Below are positions 33,323 to 43,304 of a stretch of DNA of 64,000 bases, piece after piece (the first letter of the stretch is position 1; the number at the start of each line of letters is the position of its first letter). The stretch comes from a virus. Made by a program: the position numbers and the translations under genes. The notes beneath the pieces are model-generated. The model made no database searches. It was given only the letters and a program-made list of their open reading frames with translations, and was not told the DNA's origin. The stretch spans positions 51,791-115,790 of IMG/VR virus record IMGVR_UViG_3300045988_159857. One strand, 5' to 3'.

Positions 33323-34490
33323 TTACAGTGTAATTTTTCAAAATAGTTTTAAGTTGCTCTTCACTAAGTTCTTCATACATAGTTTTTATTTGTTCAAAAC
33401 TTTTATTAAAATCATTATTATTAGTTTCCATCAAATTTTTGAAATTATCTTCTACAATTACAGAAAATTCATCAAGATACCAATTCGTTACACAATATGT
33501 GTCAACAGACATTGGAACTGTTGGTATTATATTCTTAGCACTAGTTACCATATCATCAATTAAGTACTCTGAAGCTTTTTCTGAAAATTTTTCAGGTACC
33601 TCTATAAGGATTTCATCGTGAACAGTATTTATTAGTTTTGCTTTGATATTATGAAGTCTTTCATCACTATAAATTTTTATAAGTGCTAATTTTGTAAGAG
33701 TTGCCGCTCCTCCCTGTACACAAGCATTTACACACTGTCTCTCAGCCTGACTTATAAATCCACCATTGTTTTTAATATCTATTTTATCTTTTATTGCATT
33801 TTCTTTGATTACATTTATTTGTTTTAGACTTTTAGCTTCAAGTAATTGCTTCATATAAATATCTATTTTAGGATTCACAGTTTTACCAACAAGTCCTTTA
33901 CAATATAACAAAGGATTTTCTGATATATTTGTTTTTTCAGATAAATCTTTCAAAGTAAACTTCGGTAATAAAATATCTGGTAATCGTCTTCTTCTACCTA
34001 CAATGTCTTCAACATACCCTTTTGTATGTGCCATTTCCATAGTACTATCTATCCATTTTTTAACTGAAGGGAAAGCATTAAAAAATTTGTCTATTATTTC
34101 TTGTGCCTCCTCAGTAGACTTACCTATTTGTTCTCCAACAGACTTAGCACCTCTACCGTACAAAATACCTAAAAGTATACTTTTAGCTAATGTTCTTCTA
34201 TGAGCTCCTTCTTTGTTTTTATGTGTCTTATACCCACAAGTAACTTTATTACCTTCGAAAACTATTTCAGTACCTTCAGGATAAAATTCTAGACATTCTT
34301 CATAAGGATAATTGAACGACTGTGAAGCTATAACTGAATATAGGTCACGCTTTTGTTTATATGCCTCAATCATTCGAGGGTCGTTTGAATAGAAAGCTGT
34401 CAAACGAGGTTCCTGACCACTATAATCTCCGCCAACTATAACATTTTTACATCTTACATTAACACTATTTTTAACATCTTCCAAAGTCAA
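33315..34490 (-). CDS. polA: family-A DNA polymerase, C-terminal part (motifs A, B, C)
   Basis: Motif A is VIVGGDYSGQEPRL, motif B is RRTLAKSILLGILYGRGAKS and motif C is NTVHDEILIEV. The TTG start overlaps the upstream TGA (GTTTGA) just after GAGGAGG. Confidence 0.9.
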   Translation of the reverse strand: MTLEDVKNSVNVRCKNVIVGGDYSGQEPRLTAFYSNDPRMIEAYKQKRDLYSVIASQSFNYPYEECLEFYPEGTEIVFEGNKVTCGYKTHKNKEGAHRRTLAKSILLGILYGRGAKSVGEQIGKSTEEAQEIIDKFFNAFPSVKKWIDSTMEMAHTKGYVEDIVGRRRRLPDILLPKFTLKDLSEKTNISENPLLYCKGLVGKTVNPKIDIYMKQLLEAKSLKQINVIKENAIKDKIDIKNNGGFISQAERQCVNACVQGGAATLTKLALIKIYSDERLHNIKAKLINTVHDEILIEVPEKFSEKASEYLIDDMVTSAKNIIPTVPMSVDTYCVTNWYLDEFSVIVEDNFKNLMETNNNDFNKSFEQIKTMYEELSEEQLKTILKNYTVTS

Positions 34491-36103
34491 ACCTCCTCGT
34501 TAACCAATTTACAAGTAATTGTATACTTTGTACAAACATTTGTAATAGAAATAACTTCCAATTTACCATTTTTTGACAACACTAGGTCTCCAGAAACAAG
34601 TTCAAAAGGTTTTTTCCATCCATCTATAGTTTCAAGCTCATCATCTTTATCTAAAACTATTTTGTCGTTATCAACCGAATATTTATCATATGTATAATCA
34701 GCACAAAACATTAACCGAATATTTTTACTTTTTGAAGGGATATTTTGAAGGTTAGGATTATTTGAACTATATCGACCTGTTTGAGCTCCTAATTGATTGA
34801 AACTTGCGTGTAGTCGATTATCTTTTTCTTGAACACATTCAGGTAACTTATCAATATACGTTCCAATCAGCTTTTGGAGTCCTCGCTGTGACAACACTAA
34901 TTTACACAAGGGTATATCTATCTGTTTTAGAATGTCTTCTCCAGTTCCCCTTGGACTCTTTTTACTTTTTGGGGGTATAGCTAATACGTCATATAATAAT
35001 ATAGCAAACTGGGTAGGACTGGTTAATTCTGGAGGTGACTTTAGTTGCTCAGACTTTGAACGTTGGTACGTATATTCACCATTTTTGTTTGGTTTTTTAC
35101 TTTTCGGTTTAAATATTGCAGCAGGCGTTTTTCTCCACTCGTTTATTTTATCCTCATATTTTAAAAGTTCTTCTGAAATTTGTTTATTAACTTCATCCTC
35201 AAGTTTATGATACTTAACACTAAGTCTTTGGGCATATCCTTTGTCAATAGACATTCCTGCGAGTTCCATTTCGGCGGTTACAGTAACTATTGGCATTTCA
35301 ATGTCGAAGAATAACTTCTTTATTCTTGAGTTATCTGGTAAATCCATTTGAACTTTTTGCCATTCATAAAGTTTATATGTCATATAAGGGTCAGTAGCGG
35401 CATATAAGGCAAAAACTTTAGGGTCAACCAAAGCATATTCAAGATTCTTAAATAAATTTTCAATATCATATTTTTCAATTGACGGGTCAATTTTCTGTAT
35501 ATACTGCTCCTTCAATGATACGTGTTCATTTTCATTAAGAAGTGCAGCGGCTATAATAGTATCCCAATAAATATTAAGGGATAATCCACAAGTACATTTG
35601 ATAACTTCATAGTCAAACTTACCGTTGTGCATAATTATATTAGTATTTGATAATCGACTAAACTCGTGGGCTATCTGTTCTTCCGTTAATTGATTTTCCA
35701 GTCTTTCTCTTGTTTCAGGATTAACATGATTAACTGGAATATAAATGTTTTTCCCACCAGGAGTATAAATACAAGGACCCATTAGCTTACAACTAACGGG
35801 TTGTAAGCTATTATTTGTCTCAGTGTCAATAGCTATAACACCGTTTGAAATCGCTAAGTTAATATAGTTATGTAAAGTAACTATATCAGTTATTACTTGA
35901 GTTTTCTCTTTGTAAATTCCTAAAATTCTATTTACTTCTTGTTCAATCTCCAAAAGTTGTTGTTTTAAGGACAAAGAACTATTTGATTTAGTCTTTGTCC
36001 TTTCACTTCTTTCTTTTGTGGGATTACTTATTTTTTTTATTATTTTTTTCGCTTTTTCGGGTGTCTTAGGAACAACAAATTCGTCTCCCCACAACGACGT
36101 CAT
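34487..36103 (-). CDS. polA: family-A DNA polymerase, N-terminal part (3'-5' exonuclease + thumb/palm up to motif A)
   Basis: ExoI is AIDTETN, ExoII is HNGKFDYEV and ExoIII is YAATDPYMTYKL. Pol region TGRYSSNNPNLQNIP...NIRLMFCA is followed by a roughly 70-aa non-polymerase tail. Confidence 0.9.
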   Translation of the reverse strand: MTSLWGDEFVVPKTPEKAKKIIKKISNPTKERSERTKTKSNSSLSLKQQLLEIEQEVNRILGIYKEKTQVITDIVTLHNYINLAISNGVIAIDTETNNSLQPVSCKLMGPCIYTPGGKNIYIPVNHVNPETRERLENQLTEEQIAHEFSRLSNTNIIMHNGKFDYEVIKCTCGLSLNIYWDTIIAAALLNENEHVSLKEQYIQKIDPSIEKYDIENLFKNLEYALVDPKVFALYAATDPYMTYKLYEWQKVQMDLPDNSRIKKLFFDIEMPIVTVTAEMELAGMSIDKGYAQRLSVKYHKLEDEVNKQISEELLKYEDKINEWRKTPAAIFKPKSKKPNKNGEYTYQRSKSEQLKSPPELTSPTQFAILLYDVLAIPPKSKKSPRGTGEDILKQIDIPLCKLVLSQRGLQKLIGTYIDKLPECVQEKDNRLHASFNQLGAQTGRYSSNNPNLQNIPSKSKNIRLMFCADYTYDKYSVDNDKIVLDKDDELETIDGWKKPFELVSGDLVLSKNGKLEVISITNVCTKYTITCKLVNEEV

Positions 36104-36915
36104 TAGTAATACCTCGTAGGACGACTAACGGTGGTAGTGGTACCTGTTATATTATTACCGGAAGGTGTAGTATTGTTAATGGGAGAGTTGTTAATGAAAG
36201 GTGGTGTAGTATTAAACGAGTTTGGGTTAGTAACCGGGGGTGTAACTGTTCCATAATTACTGTTAATTGTGGGAGTAACATTGTTTGTATTACTACTTTC
36301 TTTTGAGTCATTAAAACTTCCTGTTTCAATAAATTCCTTTAACTCTTCGTAATTCTTATCAAGTACAGCGTTACCGACTGCTTCATACCCTTTAAAAGCA
36401 TCATCTATCTTTGGATACAAATCATTATGATAAATTGAAGGGTTACCAAAAAGAATTTCATATTTAGTTGTTTTATCTCCAGGTTTACCGTTTCTACGAA
36501 TCTTAAAAATACAATCTGACAACGGTCCATACTCCTCGAGAAGAGACATTAACTTCTGTGACATAGACTTTGCAGCTCTACTCCAGACAACAGGAACCGG
36601 AACAATTTTACCTTCCTCATCCTTAACATAGTTAATCATATGAACATATATTGTCTGTTTCACAGGTAATTCACACTCACAAAAAGGACAATTTGTAACT
36701 GGTTGACCGATTTCTCTTATACAGTTCACACTACGATACTTACCATCAATCGTAACAGTATGATTAGTTACGATATCAAAGGTTTCAGGACTATCGTGCA
36801 TGATACGAACAATAGCTTCATCACCATCGTTCTTCAATGAAAAGAATTTAACCCTATTATTGTCACTACTTGTAGATGACATTTCATTTAACTGTTGAAA
36901 ATTTATCTTCGCCAT
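36103..36915 (-). CDS. putative Zn-containing ssDNA-binding protein with N/T/P-rich tail
   Basis: Called from position between polymerase and primase. Contains a HTV...C-x13-CPFC Zn-like motif. The 70-aa C-terminal low-complexity tail ends in RPTRYY. Confidence 0.45.
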   Translation of the reverse strand: MAKINFQQLNEMSSTSSDNNRVKFFSLKNDGDEAIVRIMHDSPETFDIVTNHTVTIDGKYRSVNCIREIGQPVTNCPFCECELPVKQTIYVHMINYVKDEEGKIVPVPVVWSRAAKSMSQKLMSLLEEYGPLSDCIFKIRRNGKPGDKTTKYEILFGNPSIYHNDLYPKIDDAFKGYEAVGNAVLDKNYEELKEFIETGSFNDSKESSNTNNVTPTINSNYGTVTPPVTNPNSFNTTPPFINNSPINNTTPSGNNITGTTTTVSRPTRYY

Positions 36916-36947
36916 TTTATTTCTCCTTTATATATATTATATTATGT

Positions 36948-36980
36948 ATTTTATATTAAAACTTCTTAATATTCAACTAA
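36948..36980 (-). promoter_or_regulatory. sigma-A-like promoter with extended -35 TTAGTTGA
   Basis: TTAGTTGAAT, 17 nt spacer, TAAAAT. Overlaps the primase stop. Confidence 0.55.
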
Positions 36981-37916
36981 ATTTAAATTATCAAACTCGG
37001 TTTTTGTTAAATCGTTAACATCTTTTGTAAAAGGAATTTTTTTACCTGAAACAAAAACATCCTTCCTAATATTTTGTAAAAACCTTTCAGTTCCCTTTTG
37101 TCCTGCGGCGTCTCCGTCAAAACAAAGTACATAATTTCTTATAGGACATTTATTAAGTATTTCATATTGATGGGTAGTTCCTGTACCAAAAAGCCCAATA
37201 GCTGGATACCCCCAAGACCACAAAGTTAAAACATTTATTTGACTTTCCGCTACATAGACTTTTTTGTACCCTTGTTTAATTACTTCGTTTAATAAATATA
37301 CCGGTTTCTCAACATCTTTTGGTATATTAAATATTTTTGAATCTACATTTCTTCTAGTTATCATAACTAACCTATTACTACTATCCCAAACAGGGAAAGT
37401 TATAGAATTAGATTTACTGTCAAAACCTATCTTAAAGTAGTCAACAACATTTTTAGATAGTTTCCTTTTCCACATATAAGGATGATAAAAAGCATATTTG
37501 TTTAATTCGTTTTCATTTAGAAATTTATTTTTCTTACATTTATATATGTTTATTTCAGGTAAACATAGATAATTAGAATTATACGAGGTACCAAAGTTTT
37601 CTAACAACCACTCTTTACCAAAAGCTTCTGTCTCCTCAAAACATTTACCTACAAATTGTGGTAAATTAGCCGTATACCCACAAGTAAAACAATGTACTTT
37701 TCCGTACTCAACATTAGGGTTGTCTTCACGACAGTAAATATTGCAAGAAGGGTGTCTCTCCATACCATTTTTATGATTAGGACAGGTCACTAAGACATTG
37801 TCTCTTTCTACCTCTCCAATATCACTTAGTAATCCGTTTTTTAATTCACTTTTAAGTTTTTTAAGAATAACAGGTATAGGAGTATCTATACACTTATTAT
37901 TTATAATTAACTTCAT
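36966..37916 (-). CDS. dnaG: DnaG-type DNA primase
   Basis: Zn finger is CPNHKNGMERHPSC...HCFTCG. TOPRIM motifs are VYVAESQINVLTL and CFDGDAAGQKG. Confidence 0.85.
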   Translation of the reverse strand: MKLIINNKCIDTPIPVILKKLKSELKNGLLSDIGEVERDNVLVTCPNHKNGMERHPSCNIYCREDNPNVEYGKVHCFTCGYTANLPQFVGKCFEETEAFGKEWLLENFGTSYNSNYLCLPEINIYKCKKNKFLNENELNKYAFYHPYMWKRKLSKNVVDYFKIGFDSKSNSITFPVWDSSNRLVMITRRNVDSKIFNIPKDVEKPVYLLNEVIKQGYKKVYVAESQINVLTLWSWGYPAIGLFGTGTTHQYEILNKCPIRNYVLCFDGDAAGQKGTERFLQNIRKDVFVSGKKIPFTKDVNDLTKTEFDNLNLVEY

Positions 37917-39184
37917 TAAAAGACATCATCCTCTAAACAATTATCACTTTCAAACTCATCTTTTAATTTTTCACAAGCTTGTGCATCAGTACCATCATTA
38001 GGTAAAAACTGGAATATACCTTTATCAAAATCACAAACATATTTAAGATGTTTATCATTTACAGAATCTCGAGCTTTGGTGAGATGTAAAGTCAGTACAC
38101 CATCTTTTTGTTCAATAAATATAACTATTGTACTGTCTTGTGATATTCGGTCACTTTGTGCTATATTGGCTGTACTTGGAGAATTGTTAAACTCACTACG
38201 ATTTTGCTGAGATACAGCTATAATCGGTATTTGTTTCAATACCTGTAAATTTTTCAAATCTCTTGAAATATTTGCAGCTTTTTCAACCGGGTTTTTAGCT
38301 TTTCTATCATCCTCTAACAATGAGTGTTGGTCAACAAACAATATGTCTAATTTTTCTTTTTCTACAAAAGCTCTGAGTGCCGTAACACATGCCGGACCGT
38401 TTATCATAGTAGGTGTAAGAACCTTAAGAGAACCTTTATACCTTGTTTTAAGGCTATCTATATATTTTTTATACTCACCCTCAACATTTATATTACCTCT
38501 TAATAAACTACTGTTTGACAAATGGCTTACCAAGGTGTCAAATCTATAACCTACCTTACGTTCACTCATTTCTCCTGAATATAAACCTACTTTTAAACCT
38601 TGTTCAAGTGCTGCAATCGCCATTTTTAACAATATCCAAGATTTACCAACACCAGGTCTTGCAGCTATCGTTGCAAGTTCTTCTGACTTATCCCAACCCC
38701 CTATTAAATCATCTAATTCATTAAATCCAGTTTTAATGTAATAATGAGAAAAATCTTGACACTTATCTACATAACTATCATAACGACTTGTATCTTGAGT
38801 TATGTCAACACAATCCAAAGGTACCGCTTTTGATAAGTCGTTTGAAGCGTTCATATAAACCTTCATAGCTTCTTCGGTTTTTCCATTTTCAAGTAAGTGT
38901 CTAACAGAGTTAAAAGTTTTAGCTAAAAATCTGGTATTATAGTCGTTATATAACTCATTTAATAGATAACTTGTCGGTTCATTTACCTGTAATACTTCAA
39001 AATCTGGAAACTTGTCTAAAAAAGATACTTTATCAGGAATTGTACCGTATTCATTAAGATGTGACTTTATATAATTATACTCATTAGGATAATCACAAAA
39101 GTACTCGTCACTTAAATTATTAAATAAGATTATTGACGAATCCTTTTTATCAAGTATGACATTTAGAAGTTGTAATTGAACCAT
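37916..39184 (-). CDS. dnaB: DnaB-family replicative helicase
   Basis: Walker A is AARPGVGKSWILLKMA and Walker B is ILFVDQHSLL. IIAVSQQNR is present. Confidence 0.9.
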   Translation of the reverse strand: MVQLQLLNVILDKKDSSIILFNNLSDEYFCDYPNEYNYIKSHLNEYGTIPDKVSFLDKFPDFEVLQVNEPTSYLLNELYNDYNTRFLAKTFNSVRHLLENGKTEEAMKVYMNASNDLSKAVPLDCVDITQDTSRYDSYVDKCQDFSHYYIKTGFNELDDLIGGWDKSEELATIAARPGVGKSWILLKMAIAALEQGLKVGLYSGEMSERKVGYRFDTLVSHLSNSSLLRGNINVEGEYKKYIDSLKTRYKGSLKVLTPTMINGPACVTALRAFVEKEKLDILFVDQHSLLEDDRKAKNPVEKAANISRDLKNLQVLKQIPIIAVSQQNRSEFNNSPSTANIAQSDRISQDSTIVIFIEQKDGVLTLHLTKARDSVNDKHLKYVCDFDKGIFQFLPNDGTDAQACEKLKDEFESDNCLEDDVF

Positions 39185-39879
39185 TATATAATACCCCTTT
39201 TATCTAAACCTTTAAACTCTATTTTTTCAGATTTTGTAACAACTCGAGAATAAAGCCTATCCCCAACACCATCCCTTAATTCCTCAGGGCTAAGATTTGA
39301 GGTGAATATTTGACATTTATTGTTATCAATACGATTATTGATAAAACTTAATAAATGTTCATGTTCAAATGAAGTAAGGTTCTTAGTACCAATTTCATCC
39401 CAAACAACAATATCAGCGTTATAAATATTATGTTTAATATGTTCAATATATTCAACATTTTCCGATATATTGTTTTTTAACTGTATGAAAAAATTTGGTA
39501 CATTTATAAACAAAGCTTTACAACTCATATCACATTTATACCAAATACTGTTAAGATAGGCTTGTATTAGTCTAATCGACCACGCTGTTTTACCATTTCC
39601 ACAAATATGAGAATAAATATACAAAGAATTACCGGACTTAACAAAGTCCTCAATATTATTCTCAATATTTTTAAGATGACTAAACTCGATTTTATCCGTT
39701 CCGTCAGCATCAGTTCTTAAGGGAATATAATTTCGTTGTTTTTCCGTTAATAAGGATTCTTTATAAAAATAATCTAACTTAAAAAGTTTTATACAAAAAG
39801 AATTGTCCTCTAATTTACAATTACCTTTACTAAATTTTTTACAGTTATTGTATAAAAAACAATCTCTAGATAATATCAT
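39184..39879 (-). CDS. DnaC/IstB-like AAA+ helicase loader
   Basis: Walker A-like ICGNGKTAW and Walker B VVWDEIG. Lies directly upstream of dnaB. Confidence 0.65.
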   Translation of the reverse strand: MILSRDCFLYNNCKKFSKGNCKLEDNSFCIKLFKLDYFYKESLLTEKQRNYIPLRTDADGTDKIEFSHLKNIENNIEDFVKSGNSLYIYSHICGNGKTAWSIRLIQAYLNSIWYKCDMSCKALFINVPNFFIQLKNNISENVEYIEHIKHNIYNADIVVWDEIGTKNLTSFEHEHLLSFINNRIDNNKCQIFTSNLSPEELRDGVGDRLYSRVVTKSEKIEFKGLDKRGII

Positions 39880-40595
39880 TAAAACACCTCACTGGACAAG
39901 TCTTCTAAGTTAGTAGCAACCTTATTTATAGTTGTATTAACACGATAACTTAATTTATAATTCTTTTCGTAGTTAACAATAGCCCAATGAATATCTTTAT
40001 AACCATTCACGGAAGCTATTTCTAGAATTTTCAAAGCCATATCTAAATCACGATGTGTGTATTCGTCAATAGTTTTCATAGCTACTTCTACCGCTTTTTT
40101 AGTCATCCAACCAAACTTTATGTAAACAGAATCTATCCACGTACTATAAGCTAATTTTAGTTCTTCATTAGTTACACTGTCAAGTAACTTTTTAAGGTTA
40201 AATTTAATAGACTCTTCTTTGGTTAAACGTTTATTTTTTCGTTTTGAAACTTTTTGTACTTCTTCTATAAGGACAGAATCCGTTGTACTCATTAACCGTA
40301 TAAGATTGTCTAAATTTATTCTTATAAGGTTACTATTTTCGACTCTTTCAAGAATTTCTAACTTTACAAGATTTGTCTCAATACTTAACTGTTCCTCTGT
40401 TGTTAATGTTGTACGTTCCGTTATGTATTCTCTTTTTAAGTCAAAATAACCTTCAGATAATTTATTCTTTTTTATTGCCTTATCGTTTATGTTTAACAAT
40501 TCAGCTAAATAAATAGCTGTATGTAACCCAAAAAGTTGTGCAACTTTATAATTATACGAAACAAGGTTAGCGTTACTAAGCAAATCAATTAACAT
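39879..40595 (-). CDS. putative replisome organizer (DnaD/phage Rep-org-like)
   Basis: The N-terminus VAQLFGLHTAIYLAELL...EGYFDLKREYITERTTLT resembles phage replisome-organizer N-domains. Lies upstream of the loader and helicase. Confidence 0.4.
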   Translation of the reverse strand: MLIDLLSNANLVSYNYKVAQLFGLHTAIYLAELLNINDKAIKKNKLSEGYFDLKREYITERTTLTTEEQLSIETNLVKLEILERVENSNLIRINLDNLIRLMSTTDSVLIEEVQKVSKRKNKRLTKEESIKFNLKKLLDSVTNEELKLAYSTWIDSVYIKFGWMTKKAVEVAMKTIDEYTHRDLDMALKILEIASVNGYKDIHWAIVNYEKNYKLSYRVNTTINKVATNLEDLSSEVF

Positions 40596-40597
40596 AA

Positions 40598-41368
40598 TTA
40601 CTTCATCTCTTTTAAGATTTTTTTAAGTCTTATAATATTATACTCCAGTTTTTTCTTCAACATCACAGGAGTAAGATTAACAACATATTCAGTACCTTCT
40701 TTAACCTTTTCAACAGGTAATGAATACCTATTTGCAAATTCATTACAAAAAGTATCGTCAAGTTTTCTTAAATACAATGATAGATTCTTCTCATATGTTT
40801 TATTTTTAAGTATATCATCGTATATAACTGCGTCTATAATAAAAGCTATCATATATTCTTGTGTGTTAAAAAACTTTATAACCATTTCAGTTATTTCGAA
40901 GATATTATCGTCAGTATATTTAGGTATAAATATATCACTATAATCATCTTTTAATGTATCTAAGGATAATGTTTCGCTATTTATTTTTCTATTAAACCGA
41001 TTAAGTTGTTGATAAAAAGTTAAGCGATGAGACTCCATAACTCTATTTATAACTTTATCAGGACCATTAACATCATTATAAATACTAGAACCTTCTTTTT
41101 CCCAAGGTTTGCGATTCATTGCATACAATACAGCTATTTCTAACCATTCATGAATATCCTCAGGGGTTGTAACAAGTTTACACCTATAATAAAATTGTGA
41201 TATTTTATTCCAATATTTTAACATTATTGCTGACACATAACCGTCTTTTAACGGTCCTTTTGGTAAATCCGCTGCAGTTCTGATTAAATCATTTTTATCT
41301 ATCGATTTCCAATCGGGTAAATAACATTCAGCACATTGTGTGTAAATGTCCTTCACTCCCTCTAACAC
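40598..41368 (-). CDS. hypothetical protein
   Basis: 256 aa. GTG start behind AAAGGAG. First gene after promoter 41442..41474. Confidence 0.55.
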   Translation of the reverse strand: MLEGVKDIYTQCAECYLPDWKSIDKNDLIRTAADLPKGPLKDGYVSAIMLKYWNKISQFYYRCKLVTTPEDIHEWLEIAVLYAMNRKPWEKEGSSIYNDVNGPDKVINRVMESHRLTFYQQLNRFNRKINSETLSLDTLKDDYSDIFIPKYTDDNIFEITEMVIKFFNTQEYMIAFIIDAVIYDDILKNKTYEKNLSLYLRKLDDTFCNEFANRYSLPVEKVKEGTEYVVNLTPVMLKKKLEYNIIRLKKILKEMK

Positions 41369-41441
41369 TTACTTTTTCTCCTTTTAATTGCAGATAAGTA
41401 GATAAATTTAATAAATTCTTTAACTTTTTAATTCTTAATTT

Positions 41442-41474
41442 AGTATATAATAAAATATAAATTTAATCAACTAA
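41442..41474 (-). promoter_or_regulatory. sigma-A-like promoter abutting terminator
   Basis: TTAGTTGATT, 17 nt spacer, TATACT. The TTAG overlaps the terminator T run. Confidence 0.6.
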
Positions 41475-41499
41475 AAAGGGTGTACAATGTACACCCTTT
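41475..41499 (-). terminator. rho-independent terminator after folE
   Basis: Stem AAAGGGTGTAC/GTACACCCTTT with a 3-nt loop, followed by TTTTT. Confidence 0.8.
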
Positions 41500-41508
41500 C
41501 TCTAATAG

Positions 41509-42135
41509 TTATTTACGAATCAAATCATAAAATTCAGAACGTAGAGCAGGGTTTGTTTTGAAATGTCCCCTTAAAGCGGCTGTCCTTGTCACTGTCCCGG
41601 GTTTCTTGACACCTCGCATAGTCATACAGGTATGTTCCCCTTCAATAACGACAATAATATTGTCAGTATTAAGAATTTTACTTAATACCTCTGCAATATC
41701 AGTTCCAAGTCTTTCTTGAAGTTGAGGTCTTTTTGCACACATCTCTGCTACACGGGCTATCTTTGATAAACCAATTACCTTACCGTTGGGAATATATCCT
41801 ACCGAAACAGTTGCATTAACCATAGGAAGAAGATGGTGTTCACACATTGAGTAAATCGGGATATGTCCTTCAACGACTAAGTCTCCACTTTCAACGTCCT
41901 CAAAACAAACATCGAATTTTTTAGCAATTTCGTCGTTTGTATAATCAAGTCCTTCAAAGATTTCTTTCCAAGCTTTATAAAAACGATGTGGCGTTTTTAC
42001 CAAACCTTCTCGGTTAGGGTCTTCACCTATACACACAAGCATATTTCTAACACAAGTTTCAAAAATATCTTCAACAGACCCGTTCTTGTTTATGTTTTTT
42101 ATTTCTTCTCTGTTAAGTGTTTCGTCGGTCCTCAT
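41509..42135 (-). CDS. folE: GTP cyclohydrolase I
   Basis: Contains SMCEHHLLP and the conserved VIEGEHTCMTMRGV. Confidence 0.92.
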   Translation of the reverse strand: MRTDETLNREEIKNINKNGSVEDIFETCVRNMLVCIGEDPNREGLVKTPHRFYKAWKEIFEGLDYTNDEIAKKFDVCFEDVESGDLVVEGHIPIYSMCEHHLLPMVNATVSVGYIPNGKVIGLSKIARVAEMCAKRPQLQERLGTDIAEVLSKILNTDNIIVVIEGEHTCMTMRGVKKPGTVTRTAALRGHFKTNPALRSEFYDLIRK

Positions 42136-42136
42136 A

Positions 42137-42799
42137 TTAAACTCCTCTCATATCAACAGGCCAAATAAATTTATGCAGCTGTAACTGCATTCTAATATCA
42201 TTGAGTGAATGAAATTGTAGATATTCTACAATTTCCTTTGGTTCAATATCACCAAAAATAGGACTTACAAATATCTGACAAACAGGATTATATGTTGTAA
42301 CTATTGATTTCATCTGTTCGAGGTCTTCTTTGTTCCCTACAACGAATTTAAAAACATCCTTTGGTCTAACAAAACTTAAATTTTCAACTAACATTTTATC
42401 AGCCATTCCAGATGAGTGTGACTTCCAGTCAACAGTATACATAAGATTATCAAGTAAGTGAACAGGTAATTTATTAGACAATTCATTTATTGATAAACTT
42501 CCATTTGTTTCAATATTTACTTCATAACCATTCGTCAAAAGTTCTTTAACAAGTACATCAACATCTTTATGGATAAGAGGTTCTCCCCCTGTTAATGTTA
42601 CCTTTTTACATTTATAACCATTAACAGCGTTAATTATTTCTTCTATTGACATTTCAGTATAATCGTTATTCGTAAAAGCATAAACTGAATCGCAATAAGA
42701 ACATCTAAGATTACAACCGTAAAGTCTGATGAATGTTGCTAAATAACCGGCTCTTGAGCCTTCTCCTTCTATACTATTGAATATTTCAACTACTTTCAT
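42137..42799 (-). CDS. queE: 7-carboxy-7-deazaguanine synthase (radical SAM)
   Basis: Contains SIEGEGSRAGYLATFIRLYGCNLRCSYCDS and TLTGGEPL. Confidence 0.9.
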   Translation of the reverse strand: MKVVEIFNSIEGEGSRAGYLATFIRLYGCNLRCSYCDSVYAFTNNDYTEMSIEEIINAVNGYKCKKVTLTGGEPLIHKDVDVLVKELLTNGYEVNIETNGSLSINELSNKLPVHLLDNLMYTVDWKSHSSGMADKMLVENLSFVRPKDVFKFVVGNKEDLEQMKSIVTTYNPVCQIFVSPIFGDIEPKEIVEYLQFHSLNDIRMQLQLHKFIWPVDMRGV

Positions 42800-43239
42800 T
42801 TAATTCCTCCAATTTTAGATATAGCAATATTATTTTCAGTTTCCTGAACCGCTACAGAAATTACTTTACACTTTTCATCAATTTCTTTAAGTTTTGTTTC
42901 AAGTATTTCTCTAAATACTTTTGACATCCATTCCGCTGTTGGGTTATCGTCAACAATGTGTACTTTTTTACAGTTAGCAAAAATTACTGAAGCTATAGGG
43001 TCATTAGATTTAAGAATACATGAATGGTCATAAACATTCTCAATATTTTCTCTGATAACTTTTTTCAACAACTTGAAATCAATTACCATACCAGCGTCAT
43101 TTAATTCATCTCTACCAACAACTACTGTTACCTTATATGAATGTCCGTGAAGATTATTCCTACACTCTTCAGAATATGTATTGACATCATATAGTCTATG
43201 AGCTGCTTCAAAAGATATTTTAGTTTCAACTGAATACAT
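42796..43239 (-). CDS. queD: 6-carboxy-5,6,7,8-tetrahydropterin synthase
   Basis: FEAAHRL...NLHGHSYKV is the PTPS/QueD His triad pattern. Confidence 0.9.
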   Translation of the reverse strand: MYSVETKISFEAAHRLYDVNTYSEECRNNLHGHSYKVTVVVGRDELNDAGMVIDFKLLKKVIRENIENVYDHSCILKSNDPIASVIFANCKKVHIVDDNPTAEWMSKVFREILETKLKEIDEKCKVISVAVQETENNIAISKIGGIK

Positions 43240-43271
43240 TTTGTCTCTCCTTATTAAATAAATTTTAATTT

Positions 43272-43304
43272 ATTATATAATTATGCTTTACATAATTCAA
43301 CTAA
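43272..43304 (-). promoter_or_regulatory. sigma-A-like promoter (proximal, queD operon)
   Basis: TTAGTTGAAT, 17 nt spacer, TATAAT. Confidence 0.6.

Noticed and set aside
34487-34720. Split or mini-intein at the polA junction.
   Set aside because: The filler has a Hint-like beta pattern. However, there is no TxxH block B, no terminal HN, and no Cys/Ser/Thr at the +1 extein position of the second ORF. The junction looks like a normal coupled TTGA gene boundary.
39879-41368. Calling ORF 40598..41368 or 17424..18281 a phage sigma factor.
   Set aside because: The only basis is positional analogy with SPO1-like phages. I could not identify region 2.4 or 4.2-like motifs by eye, so both are left hypothetical.
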